A stretch of DNA of 62,974 bases, filler included, from Thraustochytrium aureum (Eukaryota), in the NCBI GenBank assembly GCA_012862495.1. It is 4 parts of 4 records of this genome, joined end to end, with 100 filler letters (N's around TTAATTAATTAA, not from the genome) between each part and the next. Parts side by side here need not be neighbours in the genome. Positions count along the whole stretch, not along the records: positions 45,350 to 59,968 come from BLSG01000089.1; 3 more parts are not named here. One strand, 5' to 3'. The position numbers and the translations under genes are program-made. Below, one piece after another: positions 45,350 through 57,060 of this stretch. Position 1 is the first letter of the stretch. The number at the start of each line of letters is the position of its first letter. Below the pieces are notes generated by a model. That model was not told the DNA's origin. It did not search any database and saw only the letters and a program-made list of their open reading frames with translations.

Positions 45350-48300
45350 GAGCGCGTGGGCGAGCTGCGACGCGGCGCCAGCGACGGAGGGTCCTCGTAC
45401 AAGTCCACGCGTCCTCGACGGCTTCCGCGGCGGCGCAGCGGCTGGACTTTGGGCTGACGCACTTTGCTGGCGAGACGTTTGACGTGGATGGGTTCCTGGA
45501 CGCGGTGTGCAGCCAGCGCGGAGAAGTGGGCGAGCTGGATTTGGTTGATGATGACGTGTCCGGGCTTCAGCGCGACCTCGACGCCGCGCTCGAGCAGGTG
45601 GACAAGATGAGCGCTGCGGTCGGGCTGCGCATCCAAGCCGTGAAGCAAGAGAACGAGAAGCTGAGCAACGAGCTGGCCAAGCTGGCGCGCAAGCAAGCGC
45701 TCGAGCAGGACAAGGTCGGCAAACAGTTTCGTGCGCTTGAGAAGCGATTCGGCAAGTCAAGCGACACCGCCATCCAGATCGGCGCGCGGCTGGGTCACCT
45801 GGACCAAGTGCGTGGGCGTGCCGCGCACGCCCACGCACTGCTTCAGTACTATGGCGAATTCGTCCTGGAGCCGGAGGTGCGCAGCCCGCTCTTTTTGGAC
45901 TTTCCCCGCACACTCGCCGACGCGGCTCCTTACATCCATGACCTCGAAAACATTTCCCACGAACTCAGCGTACCCGGTATAGAGGGCGGCGCGGCGCGGA
46001 TCGAGGCCATGACGGGGCAATCCTCAACGGCCTGCTCGACGAGTTTGACAAGGCAAACGCAGATGGCGACCTGCGCAAGATGCGCGACTGCGCGGACGCA
46101 GTGCTGGACAACTTTGAGCACAAACAAGGTCCTGAGAGCCTCTTCCAGCGCTTTGTATACTATAGCCTCAACCCGATCGTGGCAGCGCGAGAGCGCTCGA
46201 TCGGATTCCGGAACACGGCCCTCAAGGACAACTTGGCGCACCTTTTTAGTCAGATCCGTAGTATCGTGCGGACGACGCACGTCGTGGTCTCGCGCGTATT
46301 CCCTCGGCACGTCGACGAAATCCTCTCGCTCCTGGTCAGCCGCCTCTTCAACGACACGGTGTTCGGCCTGCAGCCGATGGTTAAAGACTTCCTGTACCCC
46401 TCGCACCGCGGCGGCGAGCTCCCGCACAACGAATACCTCCAAATCCTGCTCACGGCTCACCGCGAGACGGCCCAGCTCGTCGGCGAGCTCGGCCGCGGAC
46501 TGCGCACCCCCGGCCCAGAGGAAGGCTTTGGAGAGGCGGCTGGCGGGGCCGAGTTGCGGCAAGTTGCGGACGCGGCACGGCGCAAGCTTGGCAAGCGCCA
46601 CGCGAGCGCTCGTGTGGAGAAGGACGCTGGCGAGGGACTCAGCCAGTTTGCCACGCCGTTCGACCCGGTCTTTGTGCAAAGGCAGATGAAGTCTGTCTTC
46701 CAGCAGTTCACGGAGGACTATGCCTCGCGCGAGCTTACCCTCTTCGACCAGCGTGTGTCCAAGCGCGTTTTTACTGCGCTGCCTGCTCACCTGGTCGAGC
46801 TGTGCTGCCCGACGCTGGAGCTTCCGCCGGAGGTTGTCGCCCAGCGTAAGCGTTCTCAGCTGCGCCGCGACGAGGAGGCGCGCGCAGCGGCCAACGCCCA
46901 GACCGGCAGCGCGAAGTCGTCTACCTCGCTAGCGCCGTCCAAGACAGCAGATGACGCAGCCGAGCGGGACCGGCGCGCGCGCTTTAGCGTGACCCGGAGA
47001 CCACAGTGCGCGAGCTTCTCGCTTCTGGAGCGGACGCGCATGCCGACGATGAGCCCGTGAACGTGACATCGGTGATGTACCGCACGCTGCAATTGCGCAC
47101 GTCGTGGCGCGAAGACCTGCGGCTAGTCCCGCTCGACCAGCTCGCTGCGTACACGGCGGCGAGCGGGCGCCGCTGGCGAATCGATGACGCCGAGGAAATG
47201 CTCGAGGGCCCTCGGGGAGACGCTTCGGACTCTGCCGGCCTTGGGCCGGGCACGGACGCAGAAGAGACGCTCGACGCTGCCGAGAGCGCGCAGTCTTTTG
47301 CTGGGCAGTTCTACGAGCTGAGAGGGGTCCCCGGGCAGACGATTCGATGGGCCTTTGAAGCGCACAGTCGCTGCATCGATCTGCTCGGCTCCAAAGGAGT
47401 GACGACGAATCTTGGCACCGGGGCGGTGGCTGACGGGGTTGTGCACGTTGCGCCAGAGCACCAACGCCGCGTCTCGCTTAAAAACGTTGACGAGAACCGG
47501 CTCGCCTTTGATACGCTCGAGGCGCTCTTCAAGGCGTTTTTGCGAACGGTTTTTCCATGTACCCTGGCTCCTGTGCTCACGGTTCTCAAGGCNNNNNNNN
47601 NNNNNNNNNNNNNNNNNNNNNNNNNNNNNNNNNNNNNNNNNNNNNNNNNNNNNNNNNNNNNNNNNNNNNNNNNNNNNNNNNNNNNNNNNNNNNNNNNNNN
47701 NNNNNNNNNNNNNNNNNNNNNNNNNNNNNNNNNNNNNNNNNNNNNNNNNNNNNNNNNNNNNNNNNNNNNNNNNNNNNNNNNNNNNNNNNNNNNNNNNNNN
47801 NNNNNNNATGGTGGTGGGGCGCGGCACACCTGAGTGCCGTCCAAGTGCGCTGCCTGCATTGGCCACGAGCCACGGACAGGTCAAGTCGATCATGAGCCAG
47901 GTAGCCACGCTGGCACAGTCGAGGTCTGACTTTGGCGCTGCTCTGGTCCCAGAGCAGCTTGAGCTCTTCGTGGCGTGCTCGCACGCGCTGGAAGACTGCA
48001 CCGAGCAGGCGCTCTTGTTCTGGCGCGATGTGGTTCAGCCCACCCTCTCGCAGGCGACCAACCGCGCCAGCAACTGCCAGGGGTTTCTGGAGGACCACCT
48101 GGACCGACTCGAGGGTCAGCTCGGAACTGTGCTCCGAAGCCAACTTCTTCATGCGGCCATCCTTATGCAGGGCTGCGTCGAGGCGCTTTACGACCGCGAA
48201 GACTACGAGCCCCGCGAGGACGGGGTCGGCTTAGCCCGCCAGTCCTCGGCGTGGTGCCCGCTTGTTTCACAGGTGCTGGAGGGCTTCTTGGAGGACTTCA

Positions 48301-48698
48301 GTAGGCTAGGCAACCCGGAGGCGCGCGATGCGTGCCTGTTGCACTTGGGCCTGCTTGGCCGTGACGTGCTCCTTGGCAACTTGCGCCGCGCCAAGGTTTC
48401 TCTGCAGGGCTCGATCACGCTGGCGCAGGACATTTCAGCTCTCGCCAAGGTTGTCTCGGGCAATCCGCTCTGCCTCAGGCTCCAGGACCTGCAAGACGCC
48501 TGGGATGAGATGCGAGCTGTGTCGCAGCTGTTCATCGTTCAGCCCGCGAACATCGCGGAGCTCGTCGCGGACGCGCAGGGTGGGCTAGCGGAGCTGCCCC
48601 GTAGATTTGTCGTGGACTGCTTGTCGCGGCGCTCGGACTTTCGCAATGCCTTTGCGACGAAGGCAAGTTGTCTCAAGTCTGTGTTTCCCACCGGCTGA
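45350..48698 (+). CDS. SEC10: Exocyst component Sec10/EXOC5-like; 5'-truncated, frameshifts near 46015 and 46990, gap 47593-47807
   Basis: FDVDGFL, N-terminal coiled coil, IQIGARL.HLD..R.RA..A..LLQYY.EF, DLRKMRDCA, and the C-terminal LRR.KVSLQGSITLAQDI pattern. Recognised from memory of the family. Confidence 0.75.
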
Positions 48699-49643
48699 GC
48701 AGCGTAGGCCTTCGCCTGCGCAAGCTAGCCTGGAACGGACCTCGTTGCGTCGGTTAGACCAACTAAAAAATCCAATCCGCTTGCCGTAGGAGCGAGGAGC
48801 CGCCGCCTTTTCAAAGGCGGTTCCGATTTCTCGGACTGCATTCCCGCAAGAAGATGTCATGCGCTCACCGCGCGGCACATCCGGGTTGGGCCGGTGGCCG
48901 AAGGCCGGCTCAGTCGACCTCCTGTGGTCGCTGGTCGAGCGCGGCAAGTGGCGTATCTCCGCTACTTGGCAGGAGCTTAGAAGCGCAAGCGCAGCCCGGG
49001 CAGGCAGCAAACTCTGGAAGGGGACCTCAAGGAAAGACTCTACAACAACTCTCAGAGTCTTCTTTCTATAAATGCAACCCGCCAAGCAACCGCGAGCCGT
49101 TCAGGTTGTATTTTTCCTTCCCCAGCTGGATGGGCCGCACAGCACGTTTCNNNNNNNNNNNNNNNNNNNNNNNNNNNNNNNNNNNNNNNNNNNNNNNNNN
49201 NNNNNNNNNNNNNNNNNNNNNNNNNNNNNNNNNNNNNNNNNNNNNNNNNNNNNNNNNNNNNNNNNNNNNNNNNNNNNNNNNNNNNNNNNNNNNNNNNNNN
49301 NNNNNNNNNNNNNNNNNNNNNNNNNNNNNNNNNNNNNNNNNNNNNNNNNNNNNNNNNNNNNNNNNNNNNNNNNNNNNNNNNNNNNNNNNNNNNNNNNNNN
49401 NNNNNNNNNNNNNNNNNNNNNNNNNNNNNNNNNNNNNNNNNNNNNNNNNNNNNNNNNNNNNNNNNNNNNNNNNNNNNNNNNNNNNNNNNNNNNNNNNNNN
49501 NNNNNNNNNNNNNNNNNNNNNNNNNNNNNNNNNNNNNNNNNNNNNNNNNNNNNNNNNNNNNNNNNNNNNNNNNNNNNNNNNNNNNNNNNNNNNNNNNNNN
49601 NNNNNNNNNNNNNNNNNNNNNNNNNNNNNNNNNNNNNNNNNNA

Positions 49644-52600
49644 GGTCGACAGCCACAAGCATCAGAGCTGGAACCAGAAGGCTGCGGATGATAAACGTGT
49701 CCAGGAGGCAGCAGGTGACGAGGATGGCACCGATTTGTTGCACGACGGGGATTGCCGAGGCAAGCATAGACCAAAAGCAGCGCACATGATCACACCCGCA
49801 ATCGTAATGACGTGGCCCGTTTCTTGCAGGCCCGCAAAGACTGCCGCCTCTGTGGACAGCGACGCGAGGCGCATTTCGAATATCCGCGCCACGACAAACG
49901 AGTCATAGTCGAGCGTGCAGCCTACCATGATGGGGATGCCGAGAATCGGCACAATCCAATACACCCCAGCCCCGTCGGGCGACGCACCGGCGTCCTGGAA
50001 GACGAGCACGACCACGCCAAAAACCAAGCCGAGCGTCAAGCCCACGGTGAGCAAGAGCCGCGGCCCCAAGAGCAACGACTGAAACACGACAATGCTCATA
50101 CCGATCACCGTGAGCACGACCGCCGTGAGCATCACCGGCGGGGTGTCGGCGAAAACCTTGTCCACCTGGTCGAAGAGACGCACCACGGTGCCGCCAAAGT
50201 AGAAGCGAAAGTGGCTCGAATCCTCCGGGTCGCTGTACCCAGCCTCCTTGAGCGATTTGCGTATTTGGTTGACCCAGGGGTGCGCTTCTTGGTCGTACGG
50301 CATGAAGGGCGGCCGCAGGCGAAAGAGCACGTGCGTAGCGTTCCATCCTGTCATGTTGTGGAATTTTTCCCGATACAGGCGGTCCACGTCGTCTTCGGCG
50401 TCCGGGTCGAAGTGCTTGGCGCTGAGAAGCGCGCGCGCGCCGTCCCACTCGTACTGCCTGCCCAGGAATATGGCCGGTGACTCGATTACAGCGGCTTGCA
50501 CACGTTCCGCGCCCCCCCCGGCGGTGAGGTTGATTGTAGCCACAGGCATCGTTTGCTCGATCAAGATGCGGCTGACCTCAATAATGCGGTCGAAAAACTC
50601 TATCGACGAGTACAGCTCGGCCCGGCACGAATCGCACGTGTACGGGCAGTAGTTGGGCAGAACAAATCTGGCCTTGGGCGGAAACTTGCCGTTCACGCAA
50701 CCGCCGAGCAGGCCGACCACGTTGGCGCACGTTATCATGCTCACTGGCACGGGAAGAGGCTTGCCGAGCGCCTCTGCGATAAGCGGAGCGGCTTTCCGCA
50801 GCGCGACATCGTCGTCAAAGCAGTTTTCCTTCGTGAGGTGGTACTCTGCTGTGGGCCCGGGCGGGCTGGCCAAGATTGCCTTGTAGTCGGCGAGCCAACC
50901 CTGAACGAAGCCGTTCGCGCCGAGGTCTTGGACGACCGCAGGCTCGGGGACTTTGGCGGGACGAGGTTGGCCTGGCTGTCCGTCCATTTGATGCGGTTCA
51001 CCTGAACGCAGATGGGGATACAAGCGCCCACGATGACCACGATAAGGGTGCGCGGGTAGCTGAGGCAAAGCTTGGCAATAGCGGCCCAAATGCGGGACTG
51101 AGCCGAGAGAATCTTGGACGTCTCGCGCCGCCGCGACACGTCACGGTCCCTTCGCCTCATCCCGCGCCGGTCCGGACTGCCCTGCGGCGAGTCGTCTTGT
51201 CGGCGGCACGCCTGCTTTCGCCAAGTTGCCGGTGGCGTAGACCAGCGGCGGCAGTGGGGCTTGCCACCTCGTCGCTCAGGCTTCTGCCCTCGTCTTCCGA
51301 GGCGGCATCGTAAGCATCGGTCTCGATGCCCGACGGCCGGTCCGCGCCCACCGTGAGCGTCGCGCTGTCATAGCGGCTGCCGGGTCGAGCCCGCCAAAGC
51401 CCGCTTCGAGGGAAGCAAGTGCGCCGAAGTCTCTGTCTACAGCAGCCGCGGCCGAGTCTTGCGCTGCGAGCAGGCCGTCCAATGAGCCGAGCGCTGTCTG
51501 GGTCGGCGTGTGAGAGGCGGCTGACTCCCCGGTCAGGCTCTCCACGTCTGTCAAGTCTGCGTCCGCCACAGCCTGATGAGGCTCGAGCTGGTAGCGCCGC
51601 CTCTGGTGGGCGCCAGCCGAGCCCGGCGTGGTCGGCCGCATGGCGCCAAAGTCTCTGGGATCGGCCGGGAAGCCCGGCAAGGCGGACGCGTCTGTTTGGA
51701 CGACTTTGACCGTGTTGCGCGCTCTGCCAGAACCGAAAACCGCGCTAAAGGCCAACTGGAATGGGGACGCGATGGCTAGCAGAACACGTTTGGCGCTCCC
51801 CGACACGGTGGGGAGCCGGATGCGACGCGCTCGGTCAAAGAGGTTGCCGAACATGCAGAGCAGAGCCGGCAGGAGGGTGATGTTGGTGGCGATGGTGAGC
51901 AGGTTGGTGATGGCGAGGGCGACCCCTAGCGACGCCACGGTATCAGCCTTGACGAGGTAGAGGCAGCCGTTGCTGACGAGCATGATGGTGCCAGAGACGG
52001 CCACGGTCTTGCCTGCGGTGCTGAGCGCCTTGTCTAGGGCGTAATTGCGAGCGGCGCCACGGTAAATTTCCTCCGAGTAGCGCACGAGCATGAAGAGAGC
52101 ATAGTCGACGTTTAGCGCGACGCCCATCGAGAGGATCACCGAGGGAGCGAACGTTGGGAGCGCGAGGCCCTCGGGCATCCAGTGGACGCTGAGAGAGAAC
52201 GCAGCGAGGATGCAGACCGGCAGGCTGATGAGCACGAGCACGGCGGGCATCCCGCAGTACCACACGAGGATAATCCAGGCAACGGGTATGCCAATCAGGT
52301 CAGCGTGCTCGAAATCAAAGATGACTTCGTCCTGGGCGATGATGAGCAGCTTTTGCTCGTTTGTAAAGCGCACGCGGTAGAGCTCGGAGTTGGGCCCGCT
52401 CGAGGCAATGACGTCATCCATATAGTCGAAGAACTCCTCGCCCGGCCCGTGCCTGAGGTCGTGTTTGATGTAGATGATAGTGGCGGACTCGTCCCCGTTG
52501 ACATAGTACGGCCGCAGCGCGTCGCGGACGCCCTGGTCGTCGTGCATAAAGTATCCGTCAAACGCGTGCACAGTCTTCAGAACGTTGTTGTGGAGTGGGC

Positions 52601-53658
52601 AGCCCGCACCATCCACAGCGCGGGGGCATATCATGGCCGCCTGCAGCATCCTCGAGAACTGCTCGATCTCGGCCGTCAGCGCGCTCGAGCCGTCGAGGCG
52701 CTCGATGAGGATCACGGTTTGCGCCGGGAAGTCCTCCTGCGCGACGTGAAAAAAGTAATTTACAAACGCTTCCTCCGCCTCGGCAGACTGGCTGCCTTTG
52801 GGCGCCACGATCGTCCCTTCAAGGTGGCTGAACAAGTCGGGGCCGAACATGACGCCGTTGTAGAGGATCAGCGACCACGAAAGGAGAATCATGGGGCAAA
52901 AGGTGCGGATGAACCAGCCGGGGCCGAACCCGCTCGGCCACACGGGTTTGTCCAGAGCGCCCGAGTCGGTAAACTCGTGCGCCGCGCCGGTGCCGTCCGG
53001 CGAGTAGTCGGCGAGTCGCCGCTCTGCCGAGCTGGGCTCGTTGCTGGTCGCTTCTTGCGGGCTGCGACTCGCGATGGTCTGCCAGACNNNNNNNNNNNNN
53101 NNNNNNNNNNNNNNNNNNNNNNNNNNNNNNNNNNNNNNNNNNNNNNNNNNNNNNNNNNNNNNNNNNNNNNNNNNNNNNNNNNNNNNNNNNNNNNNNNNNN
53201 NNNNNNNNNNNNNNNNNNGATGCAGCATGGCAGGGAGGAGAGCACGCCGCAAAGGCACCTGCTGAGGCTCTCCAGCAAAATCTCGCCGCGCCGCTCCACG
53301 ACCCCCACGACGCCGTCGCCGGCCTGCACAGTCAGCAGGTGTTGGTCTTCATCTTCCGCAAGAACGAAAAAGGTGCGGTCGTCCCGCTCGCCCGGCGACT
53401 CGCTGCACCTCCTTCTCCGTCCTCATCGTCCGCGCTCTCCTCGTCATTGCTCGACGCGTTGGCCGCGTCGCCCCTCGGGGTCTCCGCCGCGGCCGCCGCC
53501 AGTCGCCGGCTCGGCCCGCCTTCGCGTCCCTCGCTCGCCGCATCGGCATCGCCTCCAGCAGCCCCATCTCTTCCCTGCCGCCTGGGCCTTCTCCTGCGCA
53601 CGGCGCCGTCCTGCGCCGCTTCGTGCGCGGCGTCGTCGCCGGCGCGGTCGGCCCGCAT
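49644..53658 (-). CDS. MmpL-type RND transporter with two MMPL halves; 3' end in gap; several frameshifts; N-terminus (53220-53658) tentative
   Basis: PKGSQS..A and PPKSPS motifs; GVALNVDYALFMLVRYSEE..ALSTAGKTVAVSG; GCTLDYDSFVVARIFEMR..GLQETGHVITIAGVIM..AF; LLDTFIIRSLLVPALM. Confidence 0.88.
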
Positions 53659-54817
53659 GCCCAAAACAACCGAAGAATCGGATGGGACCGCGGTCGCAGT
53701 GTACAACCCCGCACCCGATGCCGGTGCCGAGCAGCCCGCCAGCGATACAGCGACACTGCGCGAGACCGCAGCTATCGCTATCGCCACTGTCGGCCGGGGC
53801 CAGCGTGGGCCTGCGAGCAGTCGAAGATGCGGGTCTGGGGCTGTCGAGGGACGCGCAGTCGCTGACGGAATCCTTTGACTCTGGCGCATTCTGTTGTTCG
53901 CTCGCAGGCCGACAGGCTAAGTAGGCGCTTTGGCGCGAGGCGTGGGGGCGCCGCTGCATCATCGCGCCGCGGCCCTCCTAATCAGCGTCTGGCGCCGAGC
54001 TGCCGTGTGGGGCGCGCCGCTGTTTGCGCTTGCTTGGGGCCGCTGGGTTTCGATGGGGTTTGTGGCCCGGGAGGCGCGCAGAAAGAGCCCTTTCTTACAA
54101 AATGCGTCTCGTGATACCACTTGCTTTCATGCTTTCATGCATGGTTTTTTCGTGTTTTCTTGTTTTCATGAACAATTGAAAACGTTGCTGGCGCCCATCG
54201 AGCGCGACGCGCGACGGGGTGGGTCCGTGCAACTGCTCTGGATTGCATGTCGCCTGTCGATCACGACGCTGTCGCGCATGGGGCTGTTGGTTTCAGCCGG
54301 ATTGGTTTCTACAGTGCCAAGCACCGCACTTAGGAGCCGGCGTCGTGACTCGCCCTACGAGCTGCAAAGTTGGTCGTGCCAGCCACGGCGGCAGGTGTGT
54401 CTGTTTATTCCTCGCCGCCATTTTTGCACGCGGCTTGGTTTGCTGAACTGCCTTTTCAAATGAAACGCAAGTCGTTCTTTCCTTCGTTGCTCCGTTTCGC
54501 GCTTCAAGCCTGACGAATTTAACGGGGTCCTTCCAGGGCGACCGTTTCCCATGGCCAACGGGACCCCTCAGGCTGGTGTTCGTCGCTCAACAGTTGTCCT
54601 GGTTGGCGAGGCGTTAACCCACAGATTTGTTTCGTTTCTTCGCTTTGATTTCTTGAAAGAGGAATCAAGAACAATGAAATCAAGAACGCGAGCCCAACGG
54701 CCATCTTCAGGTACTACGCAGCGAAGAGGTCCTCACAGGACCGGTCATCGCAGGTGTCTCCCTACATGCGTGGTCAAACACTTGCGCACGGCGGCGGGCG
54801 AGCGCAGAGCCTGCAGG

Positions 54818-56320
54818 ATGGCGGACAAGGCGATGGGAGAAAGCGACGCACTTGCAACTCGCAGTGCCGTCAGGCGCACGTGGGGCACGTTCAAGCTCTC
54901 GCTGGAGCTCATACCTTGGGCCGTGGCGGCCACGCTGCCAGCGCTCGGCTGGATATGCCTGCGCAGGTTTAACCCAGCCGGGGTGGCTGCTGCTGGCGTG
55001 GACCTGCGGAATAATGACACAGTGCTCGTGGACAGTGAAGTTTGCCGCAACAGGGCTGGGTTCGTCGCTCGGACGTGGTGCTTTGAGGTAGAGTTTGCCG
55101 CCATTCTTGACGGCGCAGCCGTGTTTGTGGTCAACCCGTTGGCCGTCGTCTGCATCGTGGTGGACGCAAAAGGAATCAACTCCAAGTTGCTTGCGCTGGT
55201 GGGTGTACAGCTTTGCTTGTACCTCGTTTTCAAGGGTGCCTTCTTCCTCAACCCGGACTATGCTATCTCGAGCGTCTCACCCTTCGGATCGGTCGCGCTG
55301 TTCGCGGCACCGGGTATGCTCTTGAGGCTAGTGCTCCCTTCCGACTCGTTTGCAACGCGCCCGTCCGTTCTCATGAGCGTGTACGCGCTGCTCGCTGCTG
55401 GACTAGCCGGTGTTTACGATTCCGTACGCGCGCAAAGTGAGCTGCTCTTCCTTTGCGTGGTCTGGCCAATCGTACGGGAAGTGGGATACACGATGGCGCG
55501 CATCGCCGCGAAGCCGCTCATTACCAATCCTCGCGGGGGTGGAGCAGGGGTGCGAACGCGGCGCGAGTTTGCTTGGTACTTTGTGCTGGTTGTGCAGATT
55601 TTTCACGCCACGCTTTACCGCATGGTGGCCACTTCAATCGACAGCACTGAAACGTTTGCCCTCTTCGTGGTGCTCTCCAACGTCTCTGAAATCCTCTTGC
55701 GGGCCTCTGTGCAAGAGCGCGACCAGCTGGGGGCCTTCCTGTTCGAAAAGCTCCGGGTTCGGGCTCTGGTTGCTTCGGTCATGCCCGCCTCTGTGGCAAG
55801 CTCTGTCAAATCCGGGTTGCAACCCACTTTGGAGGCGCTGGAGGACACCAAGACTTGGTATGCGCGCCTCTCGTTGGGTGAAATGCTAGCCGAGCAAATT
55901 GGCCTCGCCCTCGTCCTGTGCAACGTGCTCGTCTACAACGGCGCGGTGTTGATGATGCCCTTGCCTGCGTTTAGCGAACTTGAGCGGCCTTTTGACGAGT
56001 CCATCGACATGCAACGCTACCTTGTGCGGGCACTCGTGCAGTTGCTCAGCGAGGTAGCGGTGGACACGGCCTGCGCCGCCATCGAGGAGTTTCGGATGCA
56101 AACGCGGCTCCTTGAAACATGGCGGTCCTTGCGCTACCGCCTGTCTACCCTTGCCCTAGCGACCTATGTGGCATCAGCTCTGGCGCACATGGTATTTCTG
56201 CTCGGTGTTGGGGCGCGGCGGCAGACGCAGGAGTGCTTGTCTGCCGAACTTTGTTCTTGCGCCCCTCCGCCCGGGAGCCTGTACGGGCGATATTGCGACC
56301 GGCTTGCAGGCCATGAGTGA
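54818..56320 (+). CDS. Unknown multipass membrane protein (about 10 hydrophobic segments, Cys-rich C-terminus)
   Basis: Long ORF with regular TM-like stretches. ATG 54818 was chosen because the upstream extension from 54551 looks non-coding. Confidence 0.7.
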   Translation: MADKAMGESDALATRSAVRRTWGTFKLSLELIPWAVAATLPALGWICLRRFNPAGVAAAGVDLRNNDTVLVDSEVCRNRAGFVARTWCFEVEFAAILDGAAVFVVNPLAVVCIVVDAKGINSKLLALVGVQLCLYLVFKGAFFLNPDYAISSVSPFGSVALFAAPGMLLRLVLPSDSFATRPSVLMSVYALLAAGLAGVYDSVRAQSELLFLCVVWPIVREVGYTMARIAAKPLITNPRGGGAGVRTRREFAWYFVLVVQIFHATLYRMVATSIDSTETFALFVVLSNVSEILLRASVQERDQLGAFLFEKLRVRALVASVMPASVASSVKSGLQPTLEALEDTKTWYARLSLGEMLAEQIGLALVLCNVLVYNGAVLMMPLPAFSELERPFDESIDMQRYLVRALVQLLSEVAVDTACAAIEEFRMQTRLLETWRSLRYRLSTLALATYVASALAHMVFLLGVGARRQTQECLSAELCSCAPPPGSLYGRYCDRLAGHE

Positions 56321-56812
56321 CTGAGCGCGGTCTCGCCCATGGACAAGAGCTTTGATTTGGCGAAAGTAAAATGCGGCACTGGTGCCGGCCGCTCGCAAGA
56401 GTGTTCGGTTGGAATGGACCTACTAGTACTCTAGAGCTAGTAGAGCTCTCTCTCGTAGTNNNNNNNNNNNNNNNNNNNNNNNNNNNNNNNNNNNNNNNNN
56501 NNNNNNNNNNNNNNNNNNNNNNNNNNNNNNNNNNNNNNNNNNNNNNNNNNNNNNNNNNNNNNNNNNNNNNNNNNNNNNNNNNNNNNNNNNNNNNNNNNNN
56601 NNNNNNNNNNNNNNNNNNNNNNNNNNNNNNNNNNNNNNNNNNNNNNNNNNNNNNNNNNNGTAGCGTACAGGTAGAGTAGAGTGTTGTTCAGCATCTTATC
56701 GTTCATTGGTGTTGTTGGGCTCCAAGTACGGAATTGGCCCCTCCTTCCAAAGCACGGGACATACCTGCGCGCGACAGACGCCCCGTACTGAAGAGAGGAC
56801 CGACCGTTGTCA

Positions 56813-56912
56813 CAACCAAACGCCAGAAGTTGGCGGAGGGCCCGACGAGCGGTATCCTCCCGCAACCAAACGCCAGGAGTTGGCGGAGGGCCCGACGAGC
56901 GATAGCCTTCCG
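56813..56912. repeat. 50-bp tandem duplication
   Basis: caaccaaacgccag(a/g)agttggcggagggcccgacgagcg starts at 56813 and 56863. Confidence 0.9.
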
Positions 56913-57060
56913 ATGTTGGCACGACGCGGGCACGAGTCGTCCGTTTTGCAGACATAGCGTTGGTCAGAATAGAGTAAGTATTGCAGAAAGCTTCCCAACA
57001 AAGATGAACCTGCCTCTTCAGGCAGGGGCAAAGTGCGACCTCGACGATGGCGCGCCTTAG

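Noticed and set aside
45350..48698. Pseudogene call for Sec10 and other frameshifted genes
   Set aside because: Motifs are intact and there are no nonsense changes; sequencing error is the simpler explanation.
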